Of a DNA stretch of 40,755 nucleotides, positions 7,760 to 17,350 are shown piece after piece. The notes under the pieces were generated by a model. The model was not told the DNA's origin. It ran no database searches and saw only the letters and a list, made by a program, of their open reading frames with translations. The stretch covers positions 1 through 40,755 of the forward strand of contig JABFSP010000224.1 of the NCBI GenBank assembly GCA_013140565.1, in the 5' to 3' direction. The stretch comes from Ignavibacteria bacterium (GTDB taxonomy: Bacteria > Bacteroidota > Ignavibacteria > Tepidaquicellales > OLB5). Numbering within the stretch: the stretch's first letter is position 1; each line of letters opens with the position of its first letter. A program made the position numbers and the translations under genes.

Positions 7760-8290
7760 TTAAGTTTGAACTTGACCTTCAAATGGCGTGCCTGTACCAC
7801 CACCCGGCAATGTAACACCGGGTGCAAGTGGCTTAATGAAATTTAAAAGCTTATAGGTTCTATTGGATTTGTAAAATAGCTTAAGCCCCTCATACGCATC
7901 ATCACCAAATAATAATTTCAGAGTTATTTCATCAGTCACTGGCAATACATCAAGTACGAATGAACTATCATCATTCCTTGCCTGCAATCTTAACTTCATA
8001 TCAACATTAGTCATTTTATCTTCTATATCACCGGCATCAAATATCGTATCCACATCCCCGTAAGATGAATAATCCAATGCAAAGAATATTTGCCATCCTA
8101 TATGTTCCCGTTCCCAAAGGATCATCTTATCATCCAGATCATAAGTTTGAAATTGCTGTTCAATAAATGCCCGTTTCCAGGTAATCATAAAGGTATCAGG
8201 AAACTTAGTATAGTCTAGTAATTTGACTTCCTGACCACTCTCATCGCTATACAATGTGAATTTATGCTTACCTTTAGATAGTAAAATCAT
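7760..8290 (-). CDS. putative tail component
   Basis: 176 aa ORF in the tail module; synteny only. Confidence 0.45.
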   Translation of the reverse strand: MILLSKGKHKFTLYSDESGQEVKLLDYTKFPDTFMITWKRAFIEQQFQTYDLDDKMILWEREHIGWQIFFALDYSSYGDVDTIFDAGDIEDKMTNVDMKLRLQARNDDSSFVLDVLPVTDEITLKLLFGDDAYEGLKLFYKSNRTYKLLNFIKPLAPGVTLPGGGTGTPFEGQVQT

Positions 8291-8328
8291 TTGATTTTGT
8301 GCGATTTTTGAACATTATTGAAAAATTG

Positions 8329-8360
8329 TTTGACAAACCCAAATAAAACACTTATTTTTG
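8329..8360 (+). promoter_or_regulatory. promoter of the counter-oriented moron
   Basis: TTGACA (8330-8335)-N17-TATTTTTG (8353-8360). Confidence 0.75.
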
Positions 8361-8363
8361 ATA

Positions 8364-8475
8364 TGTATGATACCGAACTTCCAAAGAATATTGAAACTTG
8401 AGCCTCAAAGTTTTTAGCAAGCATACCTAACGGTATCATACAAACTTGCTGCTAATTGCGAGGCTCTGTTTAATT
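8364..8475 (+). ncRNA. structured 5' leader (candidate cis-regulatory RNA)
   Basis: 12-bp IR 8364-8375/8431-8442 crossing a GAGCCTC/GAGGCTC stem (8400-8406/8460-8466) that is followed by a T-rich run. Confidence 0.45.
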
Positions 8476-8483
8476 TTATATTT

Positions 8484-8771
8484 ATGTCAAAGAAAAAAGT
8501 AATAACAGAAAATTTAACCCCATTAGACATCCGTGTAACTGAACTGCATAATGAATCAACAAGCTGGTTTAGAAAATACTGGAATGTATTCATTGAATTG
8601 TTTCCTTTAACCCGAAATGATGAAAAAACTCCTTTATCTGTTAAAGAATACAAGCTCTGTGAAAACAAAGTTGATACCTCAAATCCGGCTATTAATCCAT
8701 CCATGAGCCGCGTAATTGTACCCAAAAGCTTAAGGAAAATAACATCCCATTTAAACATTTTATCTTTATAA
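8484..8771 (+). CDS. hypothetical moron protein
   Basis: 95 aa ORF downstream of its own promoter. Confidence 0.55.
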   Translation: MSKKKVITENLTPLDIRVTELHNESTSWFRKYWNVFIELFPLTRNDEKTPLSVKEYKLCENKVDTSNPAINPSMSRVIVPKSLRKITSHLNILSL

Positions 8772-8774
8772 GTC

Positions 8775-9272
8775 ATGAGAAAACCACTTGGTTTAAATCC
8801 TACAGGGATTAGTAAAAAATTTGTTATATCCGTTTTGATTTTATTCACTATATTTTTTATTATAGGAATAATCGCTGGCTGTGGTGATGATAATATCACA
8901 AACAACAATAACAATAATGGCAATACTGAAAACTTGATATTCAGCAAAGACTCCATAGCTGTTAACGGAAGTGGGCACCAGTTTGTATTGTTTATTGATA
9001 CTCTGGCAATTGATACCGGAATATTAAAAACAACATTTGATGTTGAAACAAACTGTGATAGTTTGTTGGATAATCCATGGATATACGTCACCGCTTTTGT
9101 ACCTAACGATACAATTACATACTTGCAGAAGAGCTTACCTATAAGAAACGGGTCATATACATTCTCATCGAATGTTACGATATCGCAACCTGTTGAGTTT
9201 GATTTCCGTTTGGAATACAATTCTACAACTCCGAAATTTATGAGATTTAAGAACATTAAAATTTATAATTAA
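8775..9272 (+). CDS. moron lipoprotein (candidate superinfection exclusion)
   Basis: Hydrophobic stretch + IIAG-C lipobox, poly-Asn linker, beta-rich body. Confidence 0.7.
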   Translation: MRKPLGLNPTGISKKFVISVLILFTIFFIIGIIAGCGDDNITNNNNNNGNTENLIFSKDSIAVNGSGHQFVLFIDTLAIDTGILKTTFDVETNCDSLLDNPWIYVTAFVPNDTITYLQKSLPIRNGSYTFSSNVTISQPVEFDFRLEYNSTTPKFMRFKNIKIYN

Positions 9273-10801
9273 GCTATTCTTACAGTTTGATATTGCGCTT
9301 TCTTACCGTTTGAACTATTACCCGCATCTCCACCACCATCTGCGAAATTATAATCCAGATCAAGTGATATTATGGAATGCACTTCATTTACCCCTTTATA
9401 AGGTACTGTAAAGGTATCAAACAGATCAGGTTCACTATTTAGTATTCCTGTTACACCCTGAACTGAACCTCTGTTTTTTAAAAGCACTTTTAACTCTTTT
9501 GCAGGTAATACAGCATTCACATTAACACAATTATCATATATTCCATAATCATTTGGTTCAGGTATGTACTGGTTACAGAATAATCTATGAGGTGCAATGC
9601 GGCTGTTACTTCTGTTTGTTACACTCCAATCCTTGTAAATCCGGCTATTCATAAACTTCAAAGAATATTCCTGACCTGCTGAATTAGTTAAATTTAGTTT
9701 GAACATATCCTTTTCAACTATCAAAACATCATCAAGCTCAATCTGCCTAACAATTCCACCATCCTGAAAAACTGTTAGTTTCTTCTGATAAGCAGTCTCA
9801 CTTGAATCCAGAATGAAACAAGGATTAGGAGGACCGCCTTGTGCTGGTGGCAAAAAATTATAGTTATCGAAATTATATGTCAGGTTTTCATTAATTAATA
9901 CTCCATGTACAATATCATAGGTCCGTTCATTGGTGAAATATGTATCCGATAAATTATACCTATGATTTACCAGCAGTACCCAGTTCTTATCAATTTTGGG
10001 CAGCTGAGTTCTGTAATAATCCTGCGGTTTCATTACAGCAGCATTGCCATTTAAACGGCGCATTAATCTGAAAGTTAATGGTACCCGATCTCCACCTAAT
10101 GCCAGTCCCTCATAACTTTCAGGAACCTCAAACCTATAAACTAATCCCCAAAAGGCTAAGCCCCGAATAATGTTATATATTGTAAAATTATCATTACCTC
10201 CGGCACGTGACCACACAAGCAAGGACTTATTCAATATTATCGGCTGAACTCCAATATCCGTAGGAATATCATTCTGGAAATACATAAAAAACCTATTCAT
10301 CAATTGATTCTTTAAGTAATCCCAAAATGAAGTGTTATCCTGGAAGTAATAAGCTGGAACAAGTTTTTCTGCATACTTTTTCCATTCTATCATTGCATCA
10401 TATGCGATTACCGTAAGTTTAAAACCATCAGTTTTATTCGCATAACTTAGATCCATATTAATTGGTAGACTCACAAAGCCTGCCCATCTCTTCTTGCCGG
10501 AGTCTACAATGCAAAGCATTTTGATATCAGGAAAACTGGGATTGAAATTCAAAAAATCATCAAAGAAATCTGATATAGATTTGTTATCTGCGCTAACTTC
10601 GCGGCTTAATAATCCTAAAACAATTTCCATATCACCATATTGAATTTGTGAAAAATCTTCAGGTGATGTTAATTGCTTTTTAGCTCTTGGAAAACTGATA
10701 TGTTTAGTTACAACAAGGACATCATCCGGCGTTGGGTCAACAATATCAAAGTAATTTGTATGATTTGGAGCCATCCGAAATTTAGCAAATAGTACTTTCA
10801 T
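9269..10801 (-). CDS. putative tail tip/hub protein
   Basis: 510 aa gene coupled (ATGA) directly after the tape measure. Confidence 0.55.
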   Translation of the reverse strand: MKVLFAKFRMAPNHTNYFDIVDPTPDDVLVVTKHISFPRAKKQLTSPEDFSQIQYGDMEIVLGLLSREVSADNKSISDFFDDFLNFNPSFPDIKMLCIVDSGKKRWAGFVSLPINMDLSYANKTDGFKLTVIAYDAMIEWKKYAEKLVPAYYFQDNTSFWDYLKNQLMNRFFMYFQNDIPTDIGVQPIILNKSLLVWSRAGGNDNFTIYNIIRGLAFWGLVYRFEVPESYEGLALGGDRVPLTFRLMRRLNGNAAVMKPQDYYRTQLPKIDKNWVLLVNHRYNLSDTYFTNERTYDIVHGVLINENLTYNFDNYNFLPPAQGGPPNPCFILDSSETAYQKKLTVFQDGGIVRQIELDDVLIVEKDMFKLNLTNSAGQEYSLKFMNSRIYKDWSVTNRSNSRIAPHRLFCNQYIPEPNDYGIYDNCVNVNAVLPAKELKVLLKNRGSVQGVTGILNSEPDLFDTFTVPYKGVNEVHSIISLDLDYNFADGGGDAGNSSNGKKAQYQTVRIA

Positions 10802-13332
10802 CCCATTGTTGCATTATTTCTCAAAGCCGCTTCAATTGCAGATGTTTCAAAAGCTTTTCTAAAGTCTATTGGATTTTTTATCTGGATTTGAACAATAGGT
10901 CTATTGCTTACAGATGCTGCAAAGCCTGAACCAACAGTATCACGATCACGAGCCATAAATGATGACATTTCACTGATAGAAGATGAAAATGCTCCAAACT
11001 TTTTAGCATCAAGAACATAACCGCTGGCAGTTGGAATAAATAGTTCTTTGCCATTTTCATTCCATTCATACATAGCTCCTGCAATTGTTCTGCCACCACC
11101 AGCAAGTCCGGGAATGGCTTTTAAAGCACCTGCGCCCGGAATAAAGTCTAATAATCCTGTTATAGTATCGATGGTGTTTATTAACTCAACAATAGCCTGT
11201 GTGATACTGTAGGCTGTTTGAAATGCCTGTATGACCTCCGCAGCGCCGCCACCCAGCACTTGGTCAATTTGTTGAACCAAGCTTAATGATTGTGTGAAAG
11301 CATTGAGGGACTCTTTTCCGATATTGTCCTGAATCTCCTGAAGTTTCCTGAAATAATTATCTTCAGAACCCTGCTCATTCGCATTGGCAGTTGATTTTCC
11401 CCTTGGGTTTTGCCTTTCTGAACGTGCATCAGGGCTTTCAGCATTTAGACCCTTGGCAATAAAGCTTGATAACTTATCTCTTAATTCAACTTCTTTTTCA
11501 AGTAATCTGACCAGCTGTTCTTGTTTGAGGTTTGTTCTATCAACAGCCTCTAATCTGAGAAGCTCTTTTTTAATTGTATCCGATATAAGACCGGGTTTTT
11601 TGCCCTCAAGCTTAAGTTGTAATTCCTGTTGTTTGATATTCAGATCAATCGATTTTAGTAATTCATCGATTGCATCCTTTTCCTCTTTATGCTGCTTTGA
11701 ACCGGGTGATTTGGTTTTTACTGAAAAATCCTTTGTACCCTGATTTGCAGGGTCATTCATAGGATCCTTTGTATTGATTTTCTTAAAGTCCGGTAATGCT
11801 GTAAAAGCAGTTATCAATCCATATAGACTATTCGTTGAACCGTCTATCTCACCACTCAAACCAGTGAATTCAAGAGCCAGAAATTGCACAGCATGTCCAA
11901 ATACAGGAACTCTATTCTTAAACTCCTCAAGGTTTGCTTTTAGATTTTTGTTTTCATGCCCTGTCTCACGGACCTTATTTATTAACTGGGTTAATCCTGG
12001 CAATACTGAGGTAACACCTGTAAAAACTGACTGACCTATTATCTTACCAGCCTGAGAAGAACTTATTCCTAAAGCATTAAAGGCATCTACACCCGGTATA
12101 ATCGACTGAACAATTGCCTCACCAAGTCCCTCTTTAAACTCACTGACATTGGTTTCAGCTATTTTCATCTTAGTACTTGCTGAATTCTCTACAGCATTAC
12201 CAAGATCCTGATACTTGCTTAAAATCAAATCAACCGCAGCGCCATTTTCAAGCTGTTCTTTTGTTAAATGCTTGAAATCCTGTTCCATCTTGCCATACTG
12301 CTTAACATTCCCCTCAAGTGTTTTATCAACATCTTTGAAAGATTGAGCGAAATCAGTCTTGTTGACAATAGACATAATGCGCGCAGCCTTAATCATCTTT
12401 TGCATCATTTCCTCACCGCGACCCTGAGCAACGGCGTATGCAAGCAGTGATTCTATTTGTTCATCAGGAATACCGAATTTTTTCTGTGATTCTTCACTAA
12501 GTTTTACAAGTCTGTTATACTGTTCAGTGTTACCATGAGTTACAGCCTGAAGCTGCAATAATGCATCTTCCTGTTCACCATATGCGGTCACACTCTGACG
12601 TGCTAATGAAATAGCCTGTGTGATTGCCATTGTCACACCGTAGTAACCTAAAGCCTGTTTGGATAAGCTGCTAATTTGATTTGTAATGGAAGATGAAGAT
12701 GAATCCAGAGCAGTCTTGAATTCACCACCGATTTTTTGAGATAAACTTCTGACATCAACACCTGAGGCTGTTAATTGAGCACGGTATCTATTTAAAAGAG
12801 AACCAGTCTGGATAAACTGTTCTGAACCAGGTAACATCCCAGCCTGTTTATTAGCAACCTGCTTATAATAAGCCTCAGAACCGATATCACCAGCTAATTT
12901 TGTTCGTGGTGCATTCTTAATCTCACGATCATACTGTTTTTGTGCCCGTTCTTTTTCCTTGAGATTTGATTTGAACTCAGCTAAATCTTTACTGCGCAGC
13001 AATCGCATATCAGCTTCCATAACACGAAGCTGTGATTCCATCAGCCTACGGAAAGCAATCATTTCTTTTATTTTTTCACGATTGCCCTGACGTTCAGCCT
13101 CAAGCTCCATCTGCTTAGCATGGTCAAGTAAACTCTGTTGACGTTTGATATCTGAATCAAGTAAGGATTGTTTTTGTTTTAATGATGACTTAAGATTTTC
13201 TAATTTTTCTTTATTAGCCTGTTTTTCCCGTTCAGCTGATACCTTTGGATCATCCTCATCCCTGACCTTACCAGTTGAACCAGTGGTTTTTTTCTTAACC
13301 TCTACATCTATGACTAATTTCTTTTCAGGCAT
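10798..13332 (-). CDS. tail tape measure protein
   Basis: 844 aa helical/coiled-coil protein; C-terminal LAGGG...YEWNENGKELFIP motif typical of tape measure proteins. Confidence 0.88.
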   Translation of the reverse strand: MPEKKLVIDVEVKKKTTGSTGKVRDEDDPKVSAEREKQANKEKLENLKSSLKQKQSLLDSDIKRQQSLLDHAKQMELEAERQGNREKIKEMIAFRRLMESQLRVMEADMRLLRSKDLAEFKSNLKEKERAQKQYDREIKNAPRTKLAGDIGSEAYYKQVANKQAGMLPGSEQFIQTGSLLNRYRAQLTASGVDVRSLSQKIGGEFKTALDSSSSSITNQISSLSKQALGYYGVTMAITQAISLARQSVTAYGEQEDALLQLQAVTHGNTEQYNRLVKLSEESQKKFGIPDEQIESLLAYAVAQGRGEEMMQKMIKAARIMSIVNKTDFAQSFKDVDKTLEGNVKQYGKMEQDFKHLTKEQLENGAAVDLILSKYQDLGNAVENSASTKMKIAETNVSEFKEGLGEAIVQSIIPGVDAFNALGISSSQAGKIIGQSVFTGVTSVLPGLTQLINKVRETGHENKNLKANLEEFKNRVPVFGHAVQFLALEFTGLSGEIDGSTNSLYGLITAFTALPDFKKINTKDPMNDPANQGTKDFSVKTKSPGSKQHKEEKDAIDELLKSIDLNIKQQELQLKLEGKKPGLISDTIKKELLRLEAVDRTNLKQEQLVRLLEKEVELRDKLSSFIAKGLNAESPDARSERQNPRGKSTANANEQGSEDNYFRKLQEIQDNIGKESLNAFTQSLSLVQQIDQVLGGGAAEVIQAFQTAYSITQAIVELINTIDTITGLLDFIPGAGALKAIPGLAGGGRTIAGAMYEWNENGKELFIPTASGYVLDAKKFGAFSSSISEMSSFMARDRDTVGSGFAASVSNRPIVQIQIKNPIDFRKAFETSAIEAALRNNATMG

Positions 13333-13778
13333 TATAAATCTTCAAGCAATATTTTATCAATATCTGATAATACTTTTTCAGAAAAATCAAAAAACGGTCT
13401 AGCAGGCATTTTATGAGTACCCTCTTGTAAATAATAAGCTATCTCATCCCTTTCATTTTCATTACCTATAAATACAATTCCATGTGTTTCTGATAGAATT
13501 TCATCCTTAAACTGGCTTAAAAGTATTCCGGTATCTAAAAAGGGTTTACTATGACCTTTTTTTCTTATTGTTACTGGAGATAATGGCGCTACTGGTGATT
13601 TTAAATAGGTAACTCCGGTTAATACATTTTCAAAAACATCTAAATGGATCGCTTTAAGAATTCTATCAAGTTTGATTTGACTTATACCGGGATTAATCTC
13701 ATTGATGTAATCATTGATTGCATCATCTATGTTTTCATATAATTTACCACGGCATCTGACTTGAAAATCTATATCCAT
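13332..13778 (-). CDS. virion morphogenesis protein (Mu gpG/HK97 gp10-like)
   Basis: PLSPVTIRKKG..PFLDTG and YLQEGTHKMPARPFF motifs. Confidence 0.8.
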   Translation of the reverse strand: MDIDFQVRCRGKLYENIDDAINDYINEINPGISQIKLDRILKAIHLDVFENVLTGVTYLKSPVAPLSPVTIRKKGHSKPFLDTGILLSQFKDEILSETHGIVFIGNENERDEIAYYLQEGTHKMPARPFFDFSEKVLSDIDKILLEDL

Positions 13779-14080
13779 TATTTAAAGTAAGTTAATTGAA
13801 CGTACATACTTGAAACATATTCCTGAGCATTCCAAATTTTAACCAGGTAATAATCAAATTGTGTTTTTGTATCTGTGATTGTATCAGTATCCTGTGAATA
13901 TCTCTTTGCAATGTCATCTACCATTTTTTCAATGGTTAGGTTTTCGGGAATTCTATACTTGGGAGGCAGTTCTACTTTTATTCTTTTACCTTTGATTATT
14001 ATGTACTGACATTCTTTAAGAAAGTGACCACATTGCTGAAGCAAGAGGTCTACATTTTTCTCAATGTCAAAATTTCGGTA
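13778..14080 (-). CDS. tail assembly chaperone -1 frameshift extension (gpT-like)
   Basis: The -1 frame is open from the T7 run at 14080-14086 into LLQQCGH... Confidence 0.75.
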   Translation of the reverse strand, partial: YRNFDIEKNVDLLLQQCGHFLKECQYIIIKGKRIKVELPPKYRIPENLTIEKMVDDIAKRYSQDTDTITDTKTQFDYYLVKIWNAQEYVSSMYVQLTYFK

Positions 14081-14511
14081 AAAAAATCTTTATAAATTGC
14101 CATACCTGCCGTTCTAATTTCATTATAGATTTCAAGCTGTTTATCGGGTGTTTTCCCTTTCAACTTATCTTTAATGAATTTATACCAGTCAATGTCCTCA
14201 CTGGCACATGCAGTTAATATTTCTACAAGATTATCTACACCGCTTGGTTCGTTTTTGGGTTTATGGCTCAGGCTGAAAAACAGATTTTCATACACCTGCA
14301 GCAAACCTGTATAAGCCGTGTCATTTGACTCTTCCTGTGTTAAGCCGGCTTCCTGAATTGTGAACCTGCGAACACGTTCTGTGATATTTGCAGTAAGAAG
14401 TTTCCACCTCAGCTTTAATGGCTTGGGTGTAATTGATAAGCCTAAGACTTTAAATGTCTTAGGCTTATTCAAATACTTTTCAATACCTGAATTATTTCTT
14501 ATCTTTTTCAT
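14050..14511 (-). CDS. tail assembly chaperone (gpG-like)
   Basis: Follows the major tail gene; ends with slippery GAT TTT TTT; start probably MKKIRNN. Confidence 0.7.
   Translation of the reverse strand: MKKIRNNSGIEKYLNKPKTFKVLGLSITPKPLKLRWKLLTANITERVRRFTIQEAGLTQEESNDTAYTGLLQVYENLFFSLSHKPKNEPSGVDNLVEILTACASEDIDWYKFIKDKLKGKTPDKQLEIYNEIRTAGMAIYKDFFTEILTLRKM
14080..14086 (-). other. programmed -1 ribosomal frameshift site T TTT TTT
   Basis: In-frame X XXY YYZ heptamer 10 codons before the stop; the -1 frame continues to 13778. Confidence 0.8.
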
Positions 14512-14743
14512 CGGTACCTGAATTGATTTTATTTTCTGTTTTTTTTGTATCAATTGTAGCTTTGACATCAATCTTATTATCAACAACTTCATAAGCCTCA
14601 TTGAGTTGTTTTAGATTTGCCAAAGTATCTTCAGATACCGTTACCTCATCACCCGGCAAAACCTGTTTGTTAACAGGCTTTCCGTCAGTGATTACATCCA
14701 TGACTATGGATGAAAGAAGTTTTTTTATTTTGATGTTTGCCAT
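14492..14743 (-). CDS. small hypothetical tail-module protein
   Basis: 83 aa ORF between the major tail gene and the chaperone. Confidence 0.65.
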   Translation of the reverse strand: MANIKIKKLLSSIVMDVITDGKPVNKQVLPGDEVTVSEDTLANLKQLNEAYEVVDNKIDVKATIDTKKTENKINSGTDEKDKK

Positions 14744-14765
14744 TTATAATAAAATTTAATTGTTA

Positions 14766-15701
14766 TTAAATGCTTGGAACTACAACTTCCTCATCCTCAG
14801 CATACAGCTCACTTGCAGCTATATTATAATTACCTACAAGATCTGCTACAGGAAGTGTGTTATTTGTTGTGCTAATTGCTGATTTATTTTCAAGTATAGT
14901 ACCTTCAACTGTGATAGTACCACCCTGACGCTTCTCTTCCAGTAAATTAGGAAAGCGCATAACCCCGATTAAACGGTATGCCTGAAATTCAGAACCTCTT
15001 GAGGGACCAACATGCTGGAAACATTCCCAGTCATACAGATGCGCCTCTTTTGCAAAGAAGTTCTTTGTCCAGGTGTCATTCTGGTTTAATTCAGCTTTGA
15101 ACATTCCTTCAGCTGTTTCCTTTTTTGTTGTGAAAATCTTTTTGTTTTCACCGATGACATTAGTCTGTTTTTGACCTGCACTGACATCAACAGATAGCCT
15201 TGCAGGCATTAAATGCCACCCGTCACTGTAGAAAGCTGTAGCTGCAGCGCCAGTACCGGGGTCAAGAGCAGCAGGTGTAATAGTCACGGTTGGTGCACTT
15301 GTATAACCAGTACCGTTATTTGTCATTACTATCTTGACCACTTTACCATTTGATATCAACGCAGTAGCAGCCGCACCTGTGCCACCACCGCCTGTAAAGC
15401 CAATAGTGGGAGCAGCAGCATATCCTGAACCACCGCTGGTAACTTTTACACCGGAAACCTGACCAAAATTGAGATAAGCCTGAGTTGTTTTATCTTTGCG
15501 TTTTAACCACCAGATGTTAGAACCCTCTTCATTGAATGCAGCTGTATCATAGAAGTTGGCTACCGGTGCAAAAGCTAAAGAAAACATTCCTAAACCGATC
15601 CATTCAGGCTCAAACAAAACAGCCAGCGTCAAACAAAACAAGAGAAATCCTACCATGGATAGAATAATTCTCATTGGATTACCGAAAAATTTTCTTAACA
15701 T
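14766..15701 (-). CDS. putative major tail (tube) protein with hydrophobic N-terminal leader and GSGY-repeat insertion
   Basis: Position before the chaperone; AAGGAG SD supports this start; SGGSGY..AP...GGGG.GA.A...NNGTGYTSAPTV insertion. Confidence 0.7.
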   Translation of the reverse strand: MLRKFFGNPMRIILSMVGFLLFCLTLAVLFEPEWIGLGMFSLAFAPVANFYDTAAFNEEGSNIWWLKRKDKTTQAYLNFGQVSGVKVTSGGSGYAAAPTIGFTGGGGTGAAATALISNGKVVKIVMTNNGTGYTSAPTVTITPAALDPGTGAAATAFYSDGWHLMPARLSVDVSAGQKQTNVIGENKKIFTTKKETAEGMFKAELNQNDTWTKNFFAKEAHLYDWECFQHVGPSRGSEFQAYRLIGVMRFPNLLEEKRQGGTITVEGTILENKSAISTTNNTLPVADLVGNYNIAASELYAEDEEVVVPSI

Positions 15702-15711
15702 TTTAAGCTCC

Positions 15712-16158
15712 TTAAATGTTTATAGTTGTTATTAATTCAAATTCTGCATAATGACATAAAACTTTACAAGTCATTACATACCCTTTGTTTATTTGTGCCA
15801 TCGGAAATAATTTTTTTGCTTTGCCGTTCAGTTTACCGCTCTTATCAAAGGCAGCACAAATGCTTTCACATAAATTATCAAATGTTTTATCCGATTCATT
15901 CTCAGCATTTGAGCTGTAAATATATTTACATATCCATTTATGCTCTTTATCCCAGGATTGATAACTTTCAGTGATTGCTTTTGGAGTTCTTGTTAATTTT
16001 GTGAAAAAGAATACTTTTAGAACATTATCTGTTACTAAATTTTGAAATACCTCATCCCACATTTTGACATGTGGCATTTGGTCATACACTTCACCAATGT
16101 TAGGCACTGTTTCAGCAATAGACTTTATTGCGGTTCGTATTTCATCAATTGATGGCAA
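15712..16158 (-). CDS. putative tail terminator/completion protein
   Basis: 148 aa, IR.AIKS.. N-terminus, immediately before the major tail gene. Confidence 0.6.
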   Translation of the reverse strand: MPSIDEIRTAIKSIAETVPNIGEVYDQMPHVKMWDEVFQNLVTDNVLKVFFFTKLTRTPKAITESYQSWDKEHKWICKYIYSSNAENESDKTFDNLCESICAAFDKSGKLNGKAKKLFPMAQINKGYVMTCKVLCHYAEFELITTINI

Positions 16159-16686
16159 TTACTGCGGTCTGTAGAATACTTTACCATACAATTTCAACAG
16201 ATTAGGATCGCCAGCATCATTTCCTGATGACGCAGCGTCAACCTGGCAATAGACCGCATTAGCTCCTGTTAGCTTCGAACCTGCCCATGTTACCGCATAA
16301 GTAACCACTGTAACCGCTGAATCCAGATTAGTTGTCAAAGTGGTTGTATCACCTGCAGCTGTCGAATAGTTTTTCTTTAAGTAATTTCCCGGTGTATATT
16401 CAAAAGTGAATGCTTTGGTCAGGATAAGCCTGTCAACATCAAGCTCACCATAACCATAAAGTATGAATTGAACTGAGTCAACAATTTTACCCGGCTCAAA
16501 TATCAAATACCCTGTTTCATTCATGCTGTTGGAAACGGTATCATCGATAATTTCTACAAGATCACCGGATGGATTAACTTCTATTGGCTCAAATCTATAA
16601 TCAGATTTGTCTTCACCATCAAAAGCGAGAAATGCTCCAGATATCAGGAACAGGATTAATACCGTTAAAAGACTTTTAAGTTTCAT
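16159..16686 (-). CDS. signal-peptide-bearing beta-rich protein in the head/neck module
   Basis: MKLKSLLTVLILFLISGAFLA; AAGGAG SD. Confidence 0.65.
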   Translation of the reverse strand: MKLKSLLTVLILFLISGAFLAFDGEDKSDYRFEPIEVNPSGDLVEIIDDTVSNSMNETGYLIFEPGKIVDSVQFILYGYGELDVDRLILTKAFTFEYTPGNYLKKNYSTAAGDTTTLTTNLDSAVTVVTYAVTWAGSKLTGANAVYCQVDAASSGNDAGDPNLLKLYGKVFYRPQ

Positions 16687-16725
16687 TTTATTTTATCTCC
16701 TTAATTTATGAATTGAATAGATTTT

Positions 16726-17346
16726 TTACCTTATGATACCTTTTGCGCGGTATTCTTTGACAACTTCCGGCCTTAAATCATCGTAATAACTGCATTCAAC
16801 TGTGCCTGCAGCATCTTCACACCACTTGCCGTTAACATAGTAGCTGGGAAGCTCCTCATAGTGCTTGTTTCCATCATGTGTGATTTCATTTACCCTTTTA
16901 GGTATTACGTAATACCTGTTAGGCAAAGCCTGATTTTCCTGTTTCCAAGGCTCCTGAGTGTTTGTTTCAGGTACCAATAACTTGTTTAAGGCTTCAATGA
17001 TAAGTTTGAACTCTTCTTTACTTGAATGTGCCTTAATGAATTTATCAGTATCATGCACAGTGCATTTGAGACCTTCGATTTCCATTCCATCATCTTCATT
17101 GTGCAAAGAATCATCTGTAACCTGACCAATTTCAGTATCTTTATAATGGATCTTGTATACAGGTTTATTATCGCCAGTGCCAGCAACAGGAGTATCCGGT
17201 AATGCCTCAAGCATTGCCTTAGCCTCTTCTCGTGTTGGCTTTACCATTTTGTTGCCATCACGTACGATATCTTCAGGCTTTACAAGATTATTTTTTATTA
17301 ATTCAGCTACCAAAGTTTCATTAGAAATATTTACTGGAAGTTTCAT
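16726..17346 (-). CDS. hypothetical virion-module protein
   Basis: 206 aa ORF in the late operon. Confidence 0.6.
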   Translation of the reverse strand: MKLPVNISNETLVAELIKNNLVKPEDIVRDGNKMVKPTREEAKAMLEALPDTPVAGTGDNKPVYKIHYKDTEIGQVTDDSLHNEDDGMEIEGLKCTVHDTDKFIKAHSSKEEFKLIIEALNKLLVPETNTQEPWKQENQALPNRYYVIPKRVNEITHDGNKHYEELPSYYVNGKWCEDAAGTVECSYYDDLRPEVVKEYRAKGIIR

Positions 17347-17350
17347 TTTA

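Noticed and set aside
8885-8925. AAC/AAT trinucleotide run
   Set aside because: Imperfect repeat encoding an Asn linker after the lipobox; not a phase-variable tract
8414-9256. 280 aa minus-strand ORF
   Set aside because: Antisense shadow of the plus-strand moron, which has the promoter and lipobox
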